The notes under the pieces: generated by a model | What the model saw: only the letters and a program-made list of their open reading frames with translations | What the model was told of the DNA's origin: nothing | Databases searched by the model: none | Shown: piece by piece, positions 17,692 to 26,619 of the stretch | Layout: every line of letters starts with the position of its first letter | Numbering within the stretch: the first letter of the stretch is position 1 | Program-made: the position numbers and the translations under genes | Origin: an uncultured Anaerolineales bacterium | GTDB taxonomy: Bacteria; Chloroflexota; Anaerolineae; UBA3071 | Assembly: GCA_965369635.1 (NCBI GenBank) | Contig: CBDURC010000003.1 | Span: 1-36,671, forward strand | Reading direction: 5' to 3' | Length of the DNA: 36,671 nt

Positions 17692-20600
17692 ATGCGGAGG
17701 CACATGTTTGTGGCGACGGTTTCCTTGCTGATCCTCTTCATCATCGGCGGGGCGTACGCTCATGGCCAGATCAGTGTAGGCGCAGCGAGCGTGCTCGAGG
17801 GGCGCTCCGCGCCATCACACCCGAGTGGGATGGCCGTCCCAAACAACGACACCTGGATCAGCGGTGGCCCCTATGGGGGCTACGTCAACAGCCTGGGCAT
17901 GGCCAGCACGGATCCTGATACGATCTACGCCGCTGCAGATGGTGGCATGTTCAAGACGACAGATGGCGGTGTGACGTGGATGAGAACCGGCTTTCCTCCC
18001 ATCTTGGTGCGCAGCGTCCAGGTGGCCCCGAATGATCCGAGCACGGTCTACGCGGGCACCGACGACGGCGTCTACAAGAGCCTGAACGGCGGCGATACCT
18101 GGACACGAAGTGGACTGGAGGGCGCCAGGGTAAACGCGTTGGCTATTGACCCGCTCCACCCGCAGACCGTCTACGCGGGCACAGGCTGGCGGCTACAAGC
18201 CCCGGACGAGGAGACCGTCGGCCTTTTCAGGAGCACCGATGGAGGACAAACCTGGCAGAAGAAGCTCTCCCAGGTAGGGCATGCTGTCATGGCACTGCTC
18301 ATCGACACCAACGATTCCTCCACCGTCTACGCTGGTGGTGTCTTCTGTAGCCGCTGCCTCTTCAAGAGCGAGAACGGCGGCGACACCTGGGAGAGCAGAA
18401 GAGTTGGCGGATACTCGTCCGACCAGATCGTTGCCCTTGCCATGACGCCCAGCGGCACGAATCCGTCAGTGATCTACGCTGTTGATGCGACCGATATGGA
18501 CGTATTCAAGAGCACTGATCAAGGGGAGAGCTGGTCATCCACGGGCACGCCTTTCATCTCCCCTGCGTCGCCCTGGGCTTTGGCTGTTGACCCCAATGAC
18601 CCCAACGTAGTCTATGTCGGTACTCACTACTTCCAGGGGCGTCTCTACAAGAGCGCAGATGGCGGCTCCACCTGGTCAATCGAGACGGAGGGGCTTCCTC
18701 CGGTCGGGCCAGCAAGTATCGTGATTGATCCACGGGACAGCGACGTCTACGTCGGCCTTGAATCGGGCGGCGTGTATCGTTCGACGGACGGGGCAGAGAG
18801 TTGGCATTCCTCAAGTCAAGGCATGAGCAATTCCTACGTTGCGGGCCTGGCCATTGATCCCTTCTCTTCGGCCACAGCATTCGCAGCCATACAGGGGGAG
18901 GGGCACTACCTGGCCAGGACGAGCAGTGGGGGCGCTGCGTGGGACTACTGGACGAGTTCTCCCACGAACCTCGGTGCAGTTGCGGTTCATCCTCATGATC
19001 CGTCCGCTATCTTCGTTGGCGATGGTTGGGATTATCAATCCTCACTGTCTCTGTACAGGACCACAAACCAGGGCCAGAGTTGGGCAAGAGTGACGGTGCT
19101 TCTGAAGAGTGGCAGTGATTACCTGGGCGTCTCCGATATCTGGATAAACCCCAGCAACACAAATGTCTTTCTGGTGGCAACTGCAGGCTTTGGTGAGAAT
19201 GGCGGAGGCGTGTACAGGAGCACCGATGCCGGAGCAACGTGGTCGAGAACACGCAGCTTCTGGGCGGCTGCCCTGGCCGCTGATCCCACGAACCCCGACG
19301 TGCTCTATTTCGGCAGCCAGCGATGTGGCTACGTTTTCAGGTCGACGAATGGCGGAGAGGGCTGGACGAACATCAGTCCTGAAGCTCCACCTGGCGAGTG
19401 TTGGGTCCATGAGGTGCGGGACGTGGAAGTTCTGAACTCACACGTCTATGCCGCGACAGGTGAAGGCCTGATGAAGTGGGATGACTCTGGTTGGATGGAA
19501 GTCGCTGGTCTGCCGACCAACGATGTTACCGCAGTGGCCATTGACAGATCCGCAGGTCCTGGTACCATCTACGTCGGCACAGGAGGTCACGGGGTATTCG
19601 TCTCAGACGACAGAGGAAGCACATGGGCGGTTTTCAACGAGGGTCTGGGGAACCTGGACATCACCAAGCTGGCCGTCAGTGCCAGCCAACCCCGAATCCT
19701 GTATGCGGGCACAGCCTACGGGGGAGTGTGGAGCAGGACGCTGACGGTCGTGCACAGACTCTATCTCCCGCTGCTCATGCGCAAGGCGTCAATGCTCCCA
19801 CCGACCAGCACCCCGACTGCGACGGAAGCGCCCGTGCTCCCGACGGACACGCCCACGCCAACCACTGCAGCGCCCACCAACACACCCACGCCCACGTCAG
19901 ACGTGCCCACGCCGACGCCAACCGCCACGTCGCTGCCAGGCGCTACGGATACGCCCACGCCGACCGCGACCTCCACCCGAGCGCTGACGCGCACACCCAC
20001 ACCAACCCACACGCCCACACTCACACCGACCCATACGCCCACACCGACGGCGACGCCCACTGAAGCTCTGATCTGTCCTGACGGGATTCACGGCCGCATC
20101 ACCTACAACGGCGCGGCCGCCACAGGCATCGAGCTGCGTCTGCGCTTCAATGACGGTGCGAACTGGTCTACAGCGGCCACCACCAGTACTGACGGCGACG
20201 GGCGGTATTGCTTCACAGGAGCGTCGAGCCTGGGTACAGACGAGACGTATTATGTCCGCTACGGCCCCAACACCACCGACGATCGATACGTATGGGACTG
20301 GTACGGCCCGTCCTTTGACTCTTACACAGCGGGAACGCGGGTAGCTGGTGGTGATTTCGACATCGCCGACGTAGAACTGCTCTCGCCGGACCCTGGGGCC
20401 ACGGTGACACTGCCAGAGACCTTCACCTGGAGGCGGCGAGAGCTTGCTGGCGACACCTATCGCTGGCGTCTGTTTGTCCCCTGCGGAACTGACGCCTGGT
20501 GGAGCAACGATCTGGGAGACGTGGGCAGCTTCACGCTGAACGGGCTCCCCTCAGGCGCAGAATACGGTAAGGAATACTGGTGGTATGTGTTTGTGTTCCA

Positions 20601-20733
20601 CGGGCCGGATAGCTACGGTTGGTCGCACTATGCTTCTGGTGTGACCTTCTCCGAAACGGCAGGCGCAGCAGTTCAGCCGCCGCTGGAGAGACACCCCATG
20701 CAGGAGCGGGCAGTTGGACGGCTGCTTCGTTGA
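17692..20733 (+). CDS. Secreted Ycf48/Vps10(BNR)-type beta-propeller protein with P/T-rich linker and C-terminal beta-sandwich-like domains
   Basis: GAGGAGG RBS, signal peptide, many (G)xxxSxDGGxTW Asp-box repeats, LYLPLLMR followed by a long TPTPT linker. Confidence 0.88.
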   Translation: MRRHMFVATVSLLILFIIGGAYAHGQISVGAASVLEGRSAPSHPSGMAVPNNDTWISGGPYGGYVNSLGMASTDPDTIYAAADGGMFKTTDGGVTWMRTGFPPILVRSVQVAPNDPSTVYAGTDDGVYKSLNGGDTWTRSGLEGARVNALAIDPLHPQTVYAGTGWRLQAPDEETVGLFRSTDGGQTWQKKLSQVGHAVMALLIDTNDSSTVYAGGVFCSRCLFKSENGGDTWESRRVGGYSSDQIVALAMTPSGTNPSVIYAVDATDMDVFKSTDQGESWSSTGTPFISPASPWALAVDPNDPNVVYVGTHYFQGRLYKSADGGSTWSIETEGLPPVGPASIVIDPRDSDVYVGLESGGVYRSTDGAESWHSSSQGMSNSYVAGLAIDPFSSATAFAAIQGEGHYLARTSSGGAAWDYWTSSPTNLGAVAVHPHDPSAIFVGDGWDYQSSLSLYRTTNQGQSWARVTVLLKSGSDYLGVSDIWINPSNTNVFLVATAGFGENGGGVYRSTDAGATWSRTRSFWAAALAADPTNPDVLYFGSQRCGYVFRSTNGGEGWTNISPEAPPGECWVHEVRDVEVLNSHVYAATGEGLMKWDDSGWMEVAGLPTNDVTAVAIDRSAGPGTIYVGTGGHGVFVSDDRGSTWAVFNEGLGNLDITKLAVSASQPRILYAGTAYGGVWSRTLTVVHRLYLPLLMRKASMLPPTSTPTATEAPVLPTDTPTPTTAAPTNTPTPTSDVPTPTPTATSLPGATDTPTPTATSTRALTRTPTPTHTPTLTPTHTPTPTATPTEALICPDGIHGRITYNGAAATGIELRLRFNDGANWSTAATTSTDGDGRYCFTGASSLGTDETYYVRYGPNTTDDRYVWDWYGPSFDSYTAGTRVAGGDFDIADVELLSPDPGATVTLPETFTWRRRELAGDTYRWRLFVPCGTDAWWSNDLGDVGSFTLNGLPSGAEYGKEYWWYVFVFHGPDSYGWSHYASGVTFSETAGAAVQPPLERHPMQERAVGRLLR

Positions 20734-20758
20734 CGGATTGGCCGATTTCAGCTATAAT
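20730..20758 (+). promoter_or_regulatory. Sigma70-type promoter
   Basis: TTGACG-17bp-TATAAT. Confidence 0.75.
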
Positions 20759-20848
20759 CTGAGACGCGACCGGCCAACAGTCGCCAGCCGCGCACAAGCC
20801 CGGCTGGCGATGTCCTTACAGCCAACAGGGATAGGAGGTGACAACAAG

Positions 20849-22189
20849 ATGACCAAGATCAAACAGGTAGTCAAGCGAACAGGTGATGTCGTTCCATTCA
20901 ACCCCAAACGCATTACCAACGCCATCTACCGGGCGGCGGTGGCGGTGGGCGGCCGCGATCGCTCCATCGCCGAGGGACTGACGAAGCAGGTGGTGGCTAT
21001 TCTTGAGGAGAACACGCCCCCAGGTCACATTCCCCACGTCGAAGAGATCCAGGACATTGTCGAGAAGGTGCTCATCGAGGACGGACACGCCAGGACAGCC
21101 AAGGCCTATATCCTGTATCGGGCCGAGCGAGCCCGGCGGCGGGGAGAGAAGAGCGTCCGCTCGCAACGTGGCGACGGCAACATTCCCTATCGCAAAATCT
21201 ACGAGGTTCTCAACTGGGCAGTAGACCACAACCTCCATACCGTTGGCCATCTGAACGAACGGCTTGCTCGCGGAGAGTTCCCCGACATCGTGCACGAGTC
21301 CGACCAGGTCTACGAACGGGACGTGGCGACCACGGCGGAGATCATCAGGGAACGGCAGGATGAGGTGAAGATCGTCATTGTCGCTGGGCCTTCTTCCTCG
21401 GGCAAGACGACCACCATGACCAAGCTCAGCGAGCGGCTGAAGGCGATAGGACTGAGCCTCGTGGCGCTCAACGTGGACAACTACTTCTTCGACCTGGAGT
21501 TGCATCCCAAGGATGAGTTCGGCGACTATGACTTCGAGACGCCGCAGGCCCTCGACTTGGCCCTCGTCAACGAGCACCTTGTGCGGCTGCTCGCCGGCGA
21601 GGAAGTCAGGATTCCCTTCTACGACTTTCACTCAAGCAAGCGCACGCTCAATGTTACGCCGATGCGGGTCGGGCCGAAGGACATCATCCTGATTGACAGC
21701 CTACATGGCCTCTACGCCGACATGACCAGGGACATCGCCGACAAGCAGAAGTTCAGGCTGTACATTGAGACTCTGCTGCAGATGAAGGATGACACGGGGA
21801 AGTTCATCCGCTGGACCGACCTGCGGCTGATGCGCCGCATGGTCAGGGATTCCCAGTTCCGGGCCTACGCTCCCGAAGAGACGTTGTTGCATTGGCACTA
21901 CGTTCGCAGCAGCGAGCTGCGCAACATCATCCCCCACGTCAACACGGCAGACTACATCATCAATAGCGGTTTGCCGTACGAGTTGCCCATCATGAAGGCC
22001 CGGCTGATGGATGGCTTCAGACAGTGGGCCGAGAAGTACGCAGACGACCCGCAGCGGGTGGACGCCTGCATCCGCTCCACACGTGTGCACGAGCTTCTGA
22101 GAACCATCACCGCAGTGGAGGACGACTCGCCCATCCCACCTCAGTCACTGCTGCGGGAGTTCATCGGCGGCAGTTGCTACGAGTACTGA
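20849..22189 (+). CDS. ATP-cone domain fused to a uridine-kinase-like P-loop domain
   Basis: AGGAGGTG RBS; ATP cone VVKRTGDVVPFNPKRITNAI...VEEIQDIVEKVL...AKAYILYR; Walker A AGPSSSGKTT; VDNYF, DFETPQALDL, RLMRRMVRD, SLLREFIGGS. Confidence 0.85.
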   Translation: MTKIKQVVKRTGDVVPFNPKRITNAIYRAAVAVGGRDRSIAEGLTKQVVAILEENTPPGHIPHVEEIQDIVEKVLIEDGHARTAKAYILYRAERARRRGEKSVRSQRGDGNIPYRKIYEVLNWAVDHNLHTVGHLNERLARGEFPDIVHESDQVYERDVATTAEIIRERQDEVKIVIVAGPSSSGKTTTMTKLSERLKAIGLSLVALNVDNYFFDLELHPKDEFGDYDFETPQALDLALVNEHLVRLLAGEEVRIPFYDFHSSKRTLNVTPMRVGPKDIILIDSLHGLYADMTRDIADKQKFRLYIETLLQMKDDTGKFIRWTDLRLMRRMVRDSQFRAYAPEETLLHWHYVRSSELRNIIPHVNTADYIINSGLPYELPIMKARLMDGFRQWAEKYADDPQRVDACIRSTRVHELLRTITAVEDDSPIPPQSLLREFIGGSCYEY

Positions 22190-22367
22190 GCAATACCTCC
22201 TCGACAGGCGGGTTCTCATGGTGGAAGCGCTCACGATCTCCGGATGGGATCGATTCGGGCACCAGGGCAGGTTGGCCGAGGGGAACAGAATGCCTCCAGA
22301 GGACACCGGTCCAGCCGCGGTGCTGATCCTGGCTGCTGCCAGCTTCTGCACATCTGGACTGACGGAT

Positions 22368-22396
22368 TTGACAAGGTTTCCTCTCTGTGCTATATT
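22368..22396 (+). promoter_or_regulatory. Sigma70-type promoter of the csp gene
   Basis: TTGACA-17bp-TATATT with extended TG. Confidence 0.75.
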
Positions 22397-22440
22397 GAGC
22401 GTGAAGGTTGAAGGGAAGTGTCTGTCCGGACGTCATTCGT

Positions 22441-22478
22441 CGCCGCCAGGCTTTACCAAGCCCGGCGGCGTTTTGTTT
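22441..22478 (+). terminator. Intrinsic-terminator-like hairpin inside the csp 5' leader
   Basis: cgccgccaggctt-tacc-aagcccggcggcg followed by ttttgttt. Confidence 0.65.
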
Positions 22479-22534
22479 GTGACCGTGGCAGGTCCACCCT
22501 CGCCGACGGATTATGAGGGAAAGGAGGAATGCAC

Positions 22535-22744
22535 ATGAGTGAGCGCATTATCGGCACGGTCAAGTGGTTCAATGGCTCCAAGGGTTATGGTTTCATCGCC
22601 CGCGAGAGTGGCGAAGATGTCTTCGTCCACTACTCGGCTATCCAGGGAGAAGGTTTTCGCAATCTGGAAGAGAACGAGCAGGTAGAATTCGAAGTGCAGA
22701 TGGGCCCCAAGGGTGCCCAGGCTGCCGACGTGGTCAGGCTGTAG
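22535..22744 (+). CDS. csp: Cold-shock protein (CspA family)
   Basis: [34 protein letters not shown]; AAGGAGG RBS. Confidence 0.97.
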   Translation: MSERIIGTVKWFNGSKGYGFIARESGEDVFVHYSAIQGEGFRNLEENEQVEFEVQMGPKGAQAADVVRL

Positions 22745-22820
22745 ATCTAAACAGCGGTGCCCGGTCGCGATGACCAGGGCTATGGCCCAGAAGGAAAAGT
22801 AACATCAAGAGAGGAAGAGA

Positions 22821-23120
22821 ATGAACAAGAAACTGTACGTAGGCGGCCTGTCCTACGACACAACGGACGATGGACTGCGCGAGCTGTTCACCGCCCAGGG
22901 CACGGTACTGTCGGCGGAGGTCATCCGCGACCGCTACACGGGCCGCTCGAAAGGGTTCGGCTTCGTGGAGATGGAAACGGTCCAAGATGCCGAAAAGGCC
23001 ATCGCTGCGCACAATGCCACCATGCTAGACGGTCGAGAGATCAAAGTGGCGGAGGCGCAGCCGCGCCGAGAGCGAGGGGGCTCTGATCGAGGGGGCTCTG
23101 ATCGTCGCGACCGCTGGTAG
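22821..23120 (+). CDS. RRM-domain RNA-binding protein
   Basis: RNP2 LYVGGL, RNP1 KGFGFVEM, R/G-rich tail. Confidence 0.95.
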   Translation: MNKKLYVGGLSYDTTDDGLRELFTAQGTVLSAEVIRDRYTGRSKGFGFVEMETVQDAEKAIAAHNATMLDGREIKVAEAQPRRERGGSDRGGSDRRDRW

Positions 23121-23144
23121 GATCCACCGCTAGCGAAATCAACG

Positions 23145-23184
23145 GAGCGAGGCATCAGATACCTGATGCCTCGCTCTTGTATTT
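23145..23184 (+). terminator. Intrinsic terminator
   Basis: gagcgaggcatcag-atac-ctgatgcctcgctc followed by ttgtattt. Confidence 0.85.
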
Positions 23185-23203
23185 CCTAGAGGGGCAATCT
23201 CCC

Positions 23204-23415
23204 CAGGTTCGTAGTCACGCACGCAGCGCAGCGGAGTGCGGTTTCGCGCCACTCCACTCCACTCCGCTCCGCGGCGCACTACGAGCCTCTCTCCGTACTA
23301 CAACGCAGAATGTGACAATGTGACAATGCCACATCAGGTTCGTAGTCACGCACGCAGCGCAGCGGAGCGCGGTTTCGCGCCACTCCACTCTGCTCCGCGG
23401 CGCACTACGAGCCTC
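23204..23415. repeat. Two direct copies (23204-23289, 23335-23415) of an 81-86 bp palindromic REP/MITE-like element
   Basis: Each copy is bounded by aggttcgtagt...actacgagcct; the 45-bp spacer contains aatgtgac x2. Confidence 0.9.
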
Positions 23416-23444
23416 CCTCCCAGTGGAAGCCTGGTACGCCGCAT

Positions 23445-23472
23445 TTGACAAGAGAGGGTTTCTGAGTAGAAT
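23445..23472 (+). promoter_or_regulatory. Promoter of tRNA-His
   Basis: TTGACA-16bp-TAGAAT. Confidence 0.6.
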
Positions 23473-23510
23473 GAAGCTTGCTTGCTGAAGCGTTTGTTGA
23501 TAGTCACCGC

Positions 23511-23587
23511 GGTGGCCATAGCTCAATCGGCAGAGCACCTGGTTGTGGCCCAGGAGGTTGCGGGTTCGAGCCCCGCTGGTCACCCCA
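23511..23587 (+). tRNA. trnH: tRNA-His (GUG) with encoded G-1 and CCA
   Basis: Acceptor gtggcca/tggtcac, D arm agctcaatcggcagagc, anticodon arm cctgg-ttGTGgc-ccagg, T arm gcgggttcgagccccgc, C73 followed by CCA. Confidence 0.97.
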
Positions 23588-23717
23588 TTTTCTGGTGCCT
23601 ATTCGGGAAACCGGTAGGGCCGACACTCCGTCGTGAGCCCTGTCGAACGGCCTGTCGGAGGCTGGGAACCGCCTCTACAGGCTTCTCGGATAGGCTCCTG
23701 TCCGCCGAGGGTTACCC

Positions 23718-24221
23718 ATGGTCGGCAACGTCCTGGTGCTCAACGCCACCTACGAACCACTCAACGTCGTCTCCGTGAAGCGAGCCGTCGTGCTCCTTCT
23801 GAAGGAGAAAGCGCAGATCGTGGAAGCAACCAAGGCCTGGGTGAGAGCCCAAAACTGGGCCATTCCGCAGCCCTTGGTGATTCGCCTCGTCTACTACGTA
23901 CGTATCCCCCACCGTCTTTCCCTGCCCCTGGGTCGCCGCACAGTGCTGGCGCGGGATGGCTATACCTGCCAGTACTGCGGAGCACGGCCAGACAAATCGG
24001 AGTTGACCTTGGATCACGTGGTGCCCCGCTCTCGCGGTGGCAGGAGTTCGTGGGGAAACGTCGTGACAGCCTGCACGCGCTGCAATCAGCGCAAAGGGCG
24101 CCATACGCCCGAGGAGGCAGGCATGCCGCTGCGGGCTCCCCCACGCAGACCGCGCTACATTGCCTTGACCGTGCTGGCTGACGCTCGCCAGCATGAGGTC
24201 TGGAATAGGTACGTCTTCTAG
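23718..24221 (+). CDS. HNH endonuclease (McrA-like, Zn-binding)
   Basis: VLVLNATYEPL, RDGYTCQYCG, TLDHVVPRSRGG, WGNVVTACTRCNQRKG. Confidence 0.92.
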   Translation: MVGNVLVLNATYEPLNVVSVKRAVVLLLKEKAQIVEATKAWVRAQNWAIPQPLVIRLVYYVRIPHRLSLPLGRRTVLARDGYTCQYCGARPDKSELTLDHVVPRSRGGRSSWGNVVTACTRCNQRKGRHTPEEAGMPLRAPPRRPRYIALTVLADARQHEVWNRYVF

Positions 24222-24245
24222 CCCCCGGAAACCATCCAAGACAGT

Positions 24246-24279
24246 GAAGGGCCTCTCCCTCAGCGAGGAAGAGGCCCTT
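24246..24279. terminator. Hairpin between the HNH gene and the convergent small transcript
   Basis: aagggcctct-ccctcagcgagga-agaggccctt. Confidence 0.6.
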
Positions 24280-24297
24280 GCGGTTGCGCCGTAGCAC

Positions 24298-24351
24298 CTA
24301 TCGGAGGATCCGAGGCGATGCTACGGCGCGGCTACTACAGCTATGTTTCAT
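24298..24351 (-). other. Small ORF MKHSCSSRAVASPRILR (17 aa) within a ~160-nt stand-alone transcript
   Basis: AGGAGGTGAT (24356-24365) directly upstream; own promoter at 24411-24439; hairpin downstream. Confidence 0.5.
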
Positions 24352-24410
24352 AAGCATCACCTCCTCCATATTGGAATGGCAAAGGAACGCTCGCATCGGA
24401 GCGTGTCCTG

Positions 24411-24439
24411 ATTATCGCACAGAAGGCGGGAGTTGTCAA
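24411..24439 (-). promoter_or_regulatory. Sigma70-type promoter with no annotated gene
   Basis: TTGACA-17bp-GATAAT with extended TG on the minus strand. Confidence 0.7.
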
Positions 24440-24553
24440 ATCCGTGTAGCATGATCCAGATGCAACGCACTTCCAGGCCAGGAACCTGCCGCTTGTCAAT
24501 CAGCCCTCAAGATCCATCATGTCGTCTTCGTGTTCAGAAGTGCGTTGCACCTT

Positions 24554-25435
24554 CTATTGCCCAAACCACGTCTCTTCCAGCCGCTTCAGCGTGCCCTCCT
24601 CCCGCAAGTCCACCAGGGCATCGTTGACCGCTTCCAGCAGCCGCGGGGCCTGGCGCGGCACGGCGATGACATAGGGCACGGATACCAGCGGGGCTCCTAC
24701 AGCGTGCACACCACCATGCTGTTGCCGAAACTGGCGCAGGCTAATGGCGCCGACCAGCGCACCGTCCGCTTCGCCGGCAACCACAGCAGTCAGAGCATCT
24801 TGGGGATAGGGAAAGGGCAGCAAGGTAACGTCGGGCAGTCGGCGACGCAGTTCCCGCCCCTGCACGTCGCCCTCTGAACCCCACTCCACGGCCAGCCGCA
24901 GCCCTGTCAGGTCGTCAGGAGCGGCGATGTCGGTGGTCCCCTCGGCGACGACGAGCAGAAGTCCCGCCTCAAAGTAAGGGATGGAATAGGCCACGTCACG
25001 AGCCAACCGCGGGTCCACCGGCAGTGCGGAGATCACGCTATCGGCCTTGTCCGCCCACAGCGCCGCCAGCAGGCCGTCGAAGCCGATTCCCTCGAAGGAG
25101 ACCTCTACACCCCAGCAGGTCGCGATGGCCTGTGCCAGATCCACGTCGTAGCCAACAGGCTGTCCGTTCTCGTCCAGGCTTTCGAAGGGTGGGAAGCTAG
25201 GATCCATCCCCACCCGCCACACGCCGCTGCGCTGGATGCGCTCCCACACTCGATCCTCACTCCGATGGGCCGACCGCCAGAGCAAGACACCCACTACCAC
25301 GAGCAGCAACGCCAGCGCCGTGGTCACTGGAGCCCTCTTTCTCGACCATCGGAAGGGTCTGATGGGCCAGAAGCGGCTGAAGCGCCCCCCCAGCCCCCCC
25401 AGTTCCTTCAGCCCCCTGCTTTCCTCCGTTTCCAT
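24554..25435 (-). CDS. Polar amino-acid ABC transporter substrate-binding protein (family 3), membrane-anchored
   Basis: RVGMDPSFPPFE, GYDVDLAQAIA, FDGLLAAL...DSVISA, YSIPYF, VNDAL..L.EEGTL..L...WF. The start is approximate. Confidence 0.88.
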   Translation of the reverse strand: METEESRGLKELGGLGGRFSRFWPIRPFRWSRKRAPVTTALALLLVVVGVLLWRSAHRSEDRVWERIQRSGVWRVGMDPSFPPFESLDENGQPVGYDVDLAQAIATCWGVEVSFEGIGFDGLLAALWADKADSVISALPVDPRLARDVAYSIPYFEAGLLLVVAEGTTDIAAPDDLTGLRLAVEWGSEGDVQGRELRRRLPDVTLLPFPYPQDALTAVVAGEADGALVGAISLRQFRQQHGGVHAVGAPLVSVPYVIAVPRQAPRLLEAVNDALVDLREEGTLKRLEETWFGQ

Positions 25436-25469
25436 CCTTTCCCTCAGTCCCACCCTTTGTCCCCTCCCT

Positions 25470-26582
25470 TCACTCCCCCCGCGCATATCGCTGCACTTCC
25501 AGGTAGATGGGCTTGGGCACGAAGTCCGCGGAGACAAAGGTGAAGTAGTCCTGGTACGTCTGTGCCGGCCAGGGGAAACGAAAAGCCCACAAACAGACCG
25601 CCTGACACCAGTCCCATTCTTGCTGGGCCTTCTCGTAGGCACGAACGGTGTAGGTCATGCGCTGACTGGGGCGCACCGCCTTGGTCCAGCGGGGATGGTC
25701 GTTCCAACCGCCTTCGGTGATGATAATGGGCTTGTGGCCATCTCCGTTGCGCACCATAACCTCCCGCAGAAGCTCCGTGCGGGCGAAGTTGACGGCGTCG
25801 CTCTCGGCGGGTGCTTCGGGCGGGAACTTCCAGCCGTAGGCGTGGACAGCCAGGACGTCGAAGTAGGGCGCAGCGCCAGCATCGTACATCCTCTGTAGGA
25901 AAACGAGGTCGTCCATGCCCCATTCGCTGCCGGGTGGAGCCAGCGTGGGAGCCAGAGCGCCGCCCAGCACCTGTACGTCGGGATTGGCAGCCTTGGCCTG
26001 GTAATAGGCTATCTTGAGCAGTTCTACATAGCCTTCGGGGTCCACGGGACGATAGCCCCATTCCAGGCTCAGGTTGGGCTCGTTCCAGATGATGATGTGG
26101 GCCACCCGCCCGCGGAAATGCTCCACGAAAGCGTAGACGTAGTCGCCAAAGCGCTCGAAGTTCTCCGCGGGCAGGAAGGTATCGAAGGTTTCCTTGGGTC
26201 GAGCCCATTGAGGCACGAAGCCCAACCGGGCGATGACAGTCAGTCCCTGCGCCCGCGCATGATCCACGACCATGTCGGCGTGATCCCAGTTGAAGCTTCC
26301 AGGTTTGCGCTCGCTGTAGCCCCACGGGAAGTACTCCACGATCCAGCTCGCCCCCATCTCGCGCACCATCTCCAGCGTGCGCTTGATCTTCCGCTCCTCC
26401 ACTTCGTCCGTGAGGCGGGTGTGGACACCAATGCCGGGATTGCGGGTCTGCACCATCTGTGGCGGGCCGACGAGCACCGTGGGAAGATAGGGTGCGATCA
26501 ACAGACCAAAGAGCACGGCGAAGAGAGCCAGGTGCTTGGCCCAGCACCGCCCCCTTCGCCGCAGCAGTTGCTTCCACTTCAT
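25470..26582 (-). CDS. Clan GH-A glycoside hydrolase (GH5/GH39-like), membrane-anchored
   Basis: Acid/base IWNEPN, nucleophile IIITEGGW, FDVLAVHAYG, N-terminal TM helix. Confidence 0.85.
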   Translation of the reverse strand: MKWKQLLRRRGRCWAKHLALFAVLFGLLIAPYLPTVLVGPPQMVQTRNPGIGVHTRLTDEVEERKIKRTLEMVREMGASWIVEYFPWGYSERKPGSFNWDHADMVVDHARAQGLTVIARLGFVPQWARPKETFDTFLPAENFERFGDYVYAFVEHFRGRVAHIIIWNEPNLSLEWGYRPVDPEGYVELLKIAYYQAKAANPDVQVLGGALAPTLAPPGSEWGMDDLVFLQRMYDAGAAPYFDVLAVHAYGWKFPPEAPAESDAVNFARTELLREVMVRNGDGHKPIIITEGGWNDHPRWTKAVRPSQRMTYTVRAYEKAQQEWDWCQAVCLWAFRFPWPAQTYQDYFTFVSADFVPKPIYLEVQRYARGE

Positions 26583-26619
26583 CACGTTATGTCGCCTGTC
26601 GCCTGGCACACTTACCCTG

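Noticed and set aside
23204-23415. CRISPR array
   Set aside because: Only two units of 81-86 bp, too long for CRISPR repeats; low-complexity spacer; no cas genes.
23511-24221. Integrated element at tRNA-His carrying an HNH nuclease
   Set aside because: No integrase and no duplicated tRNA 3' end in the window; this HNH type is a common chromosomal gene.
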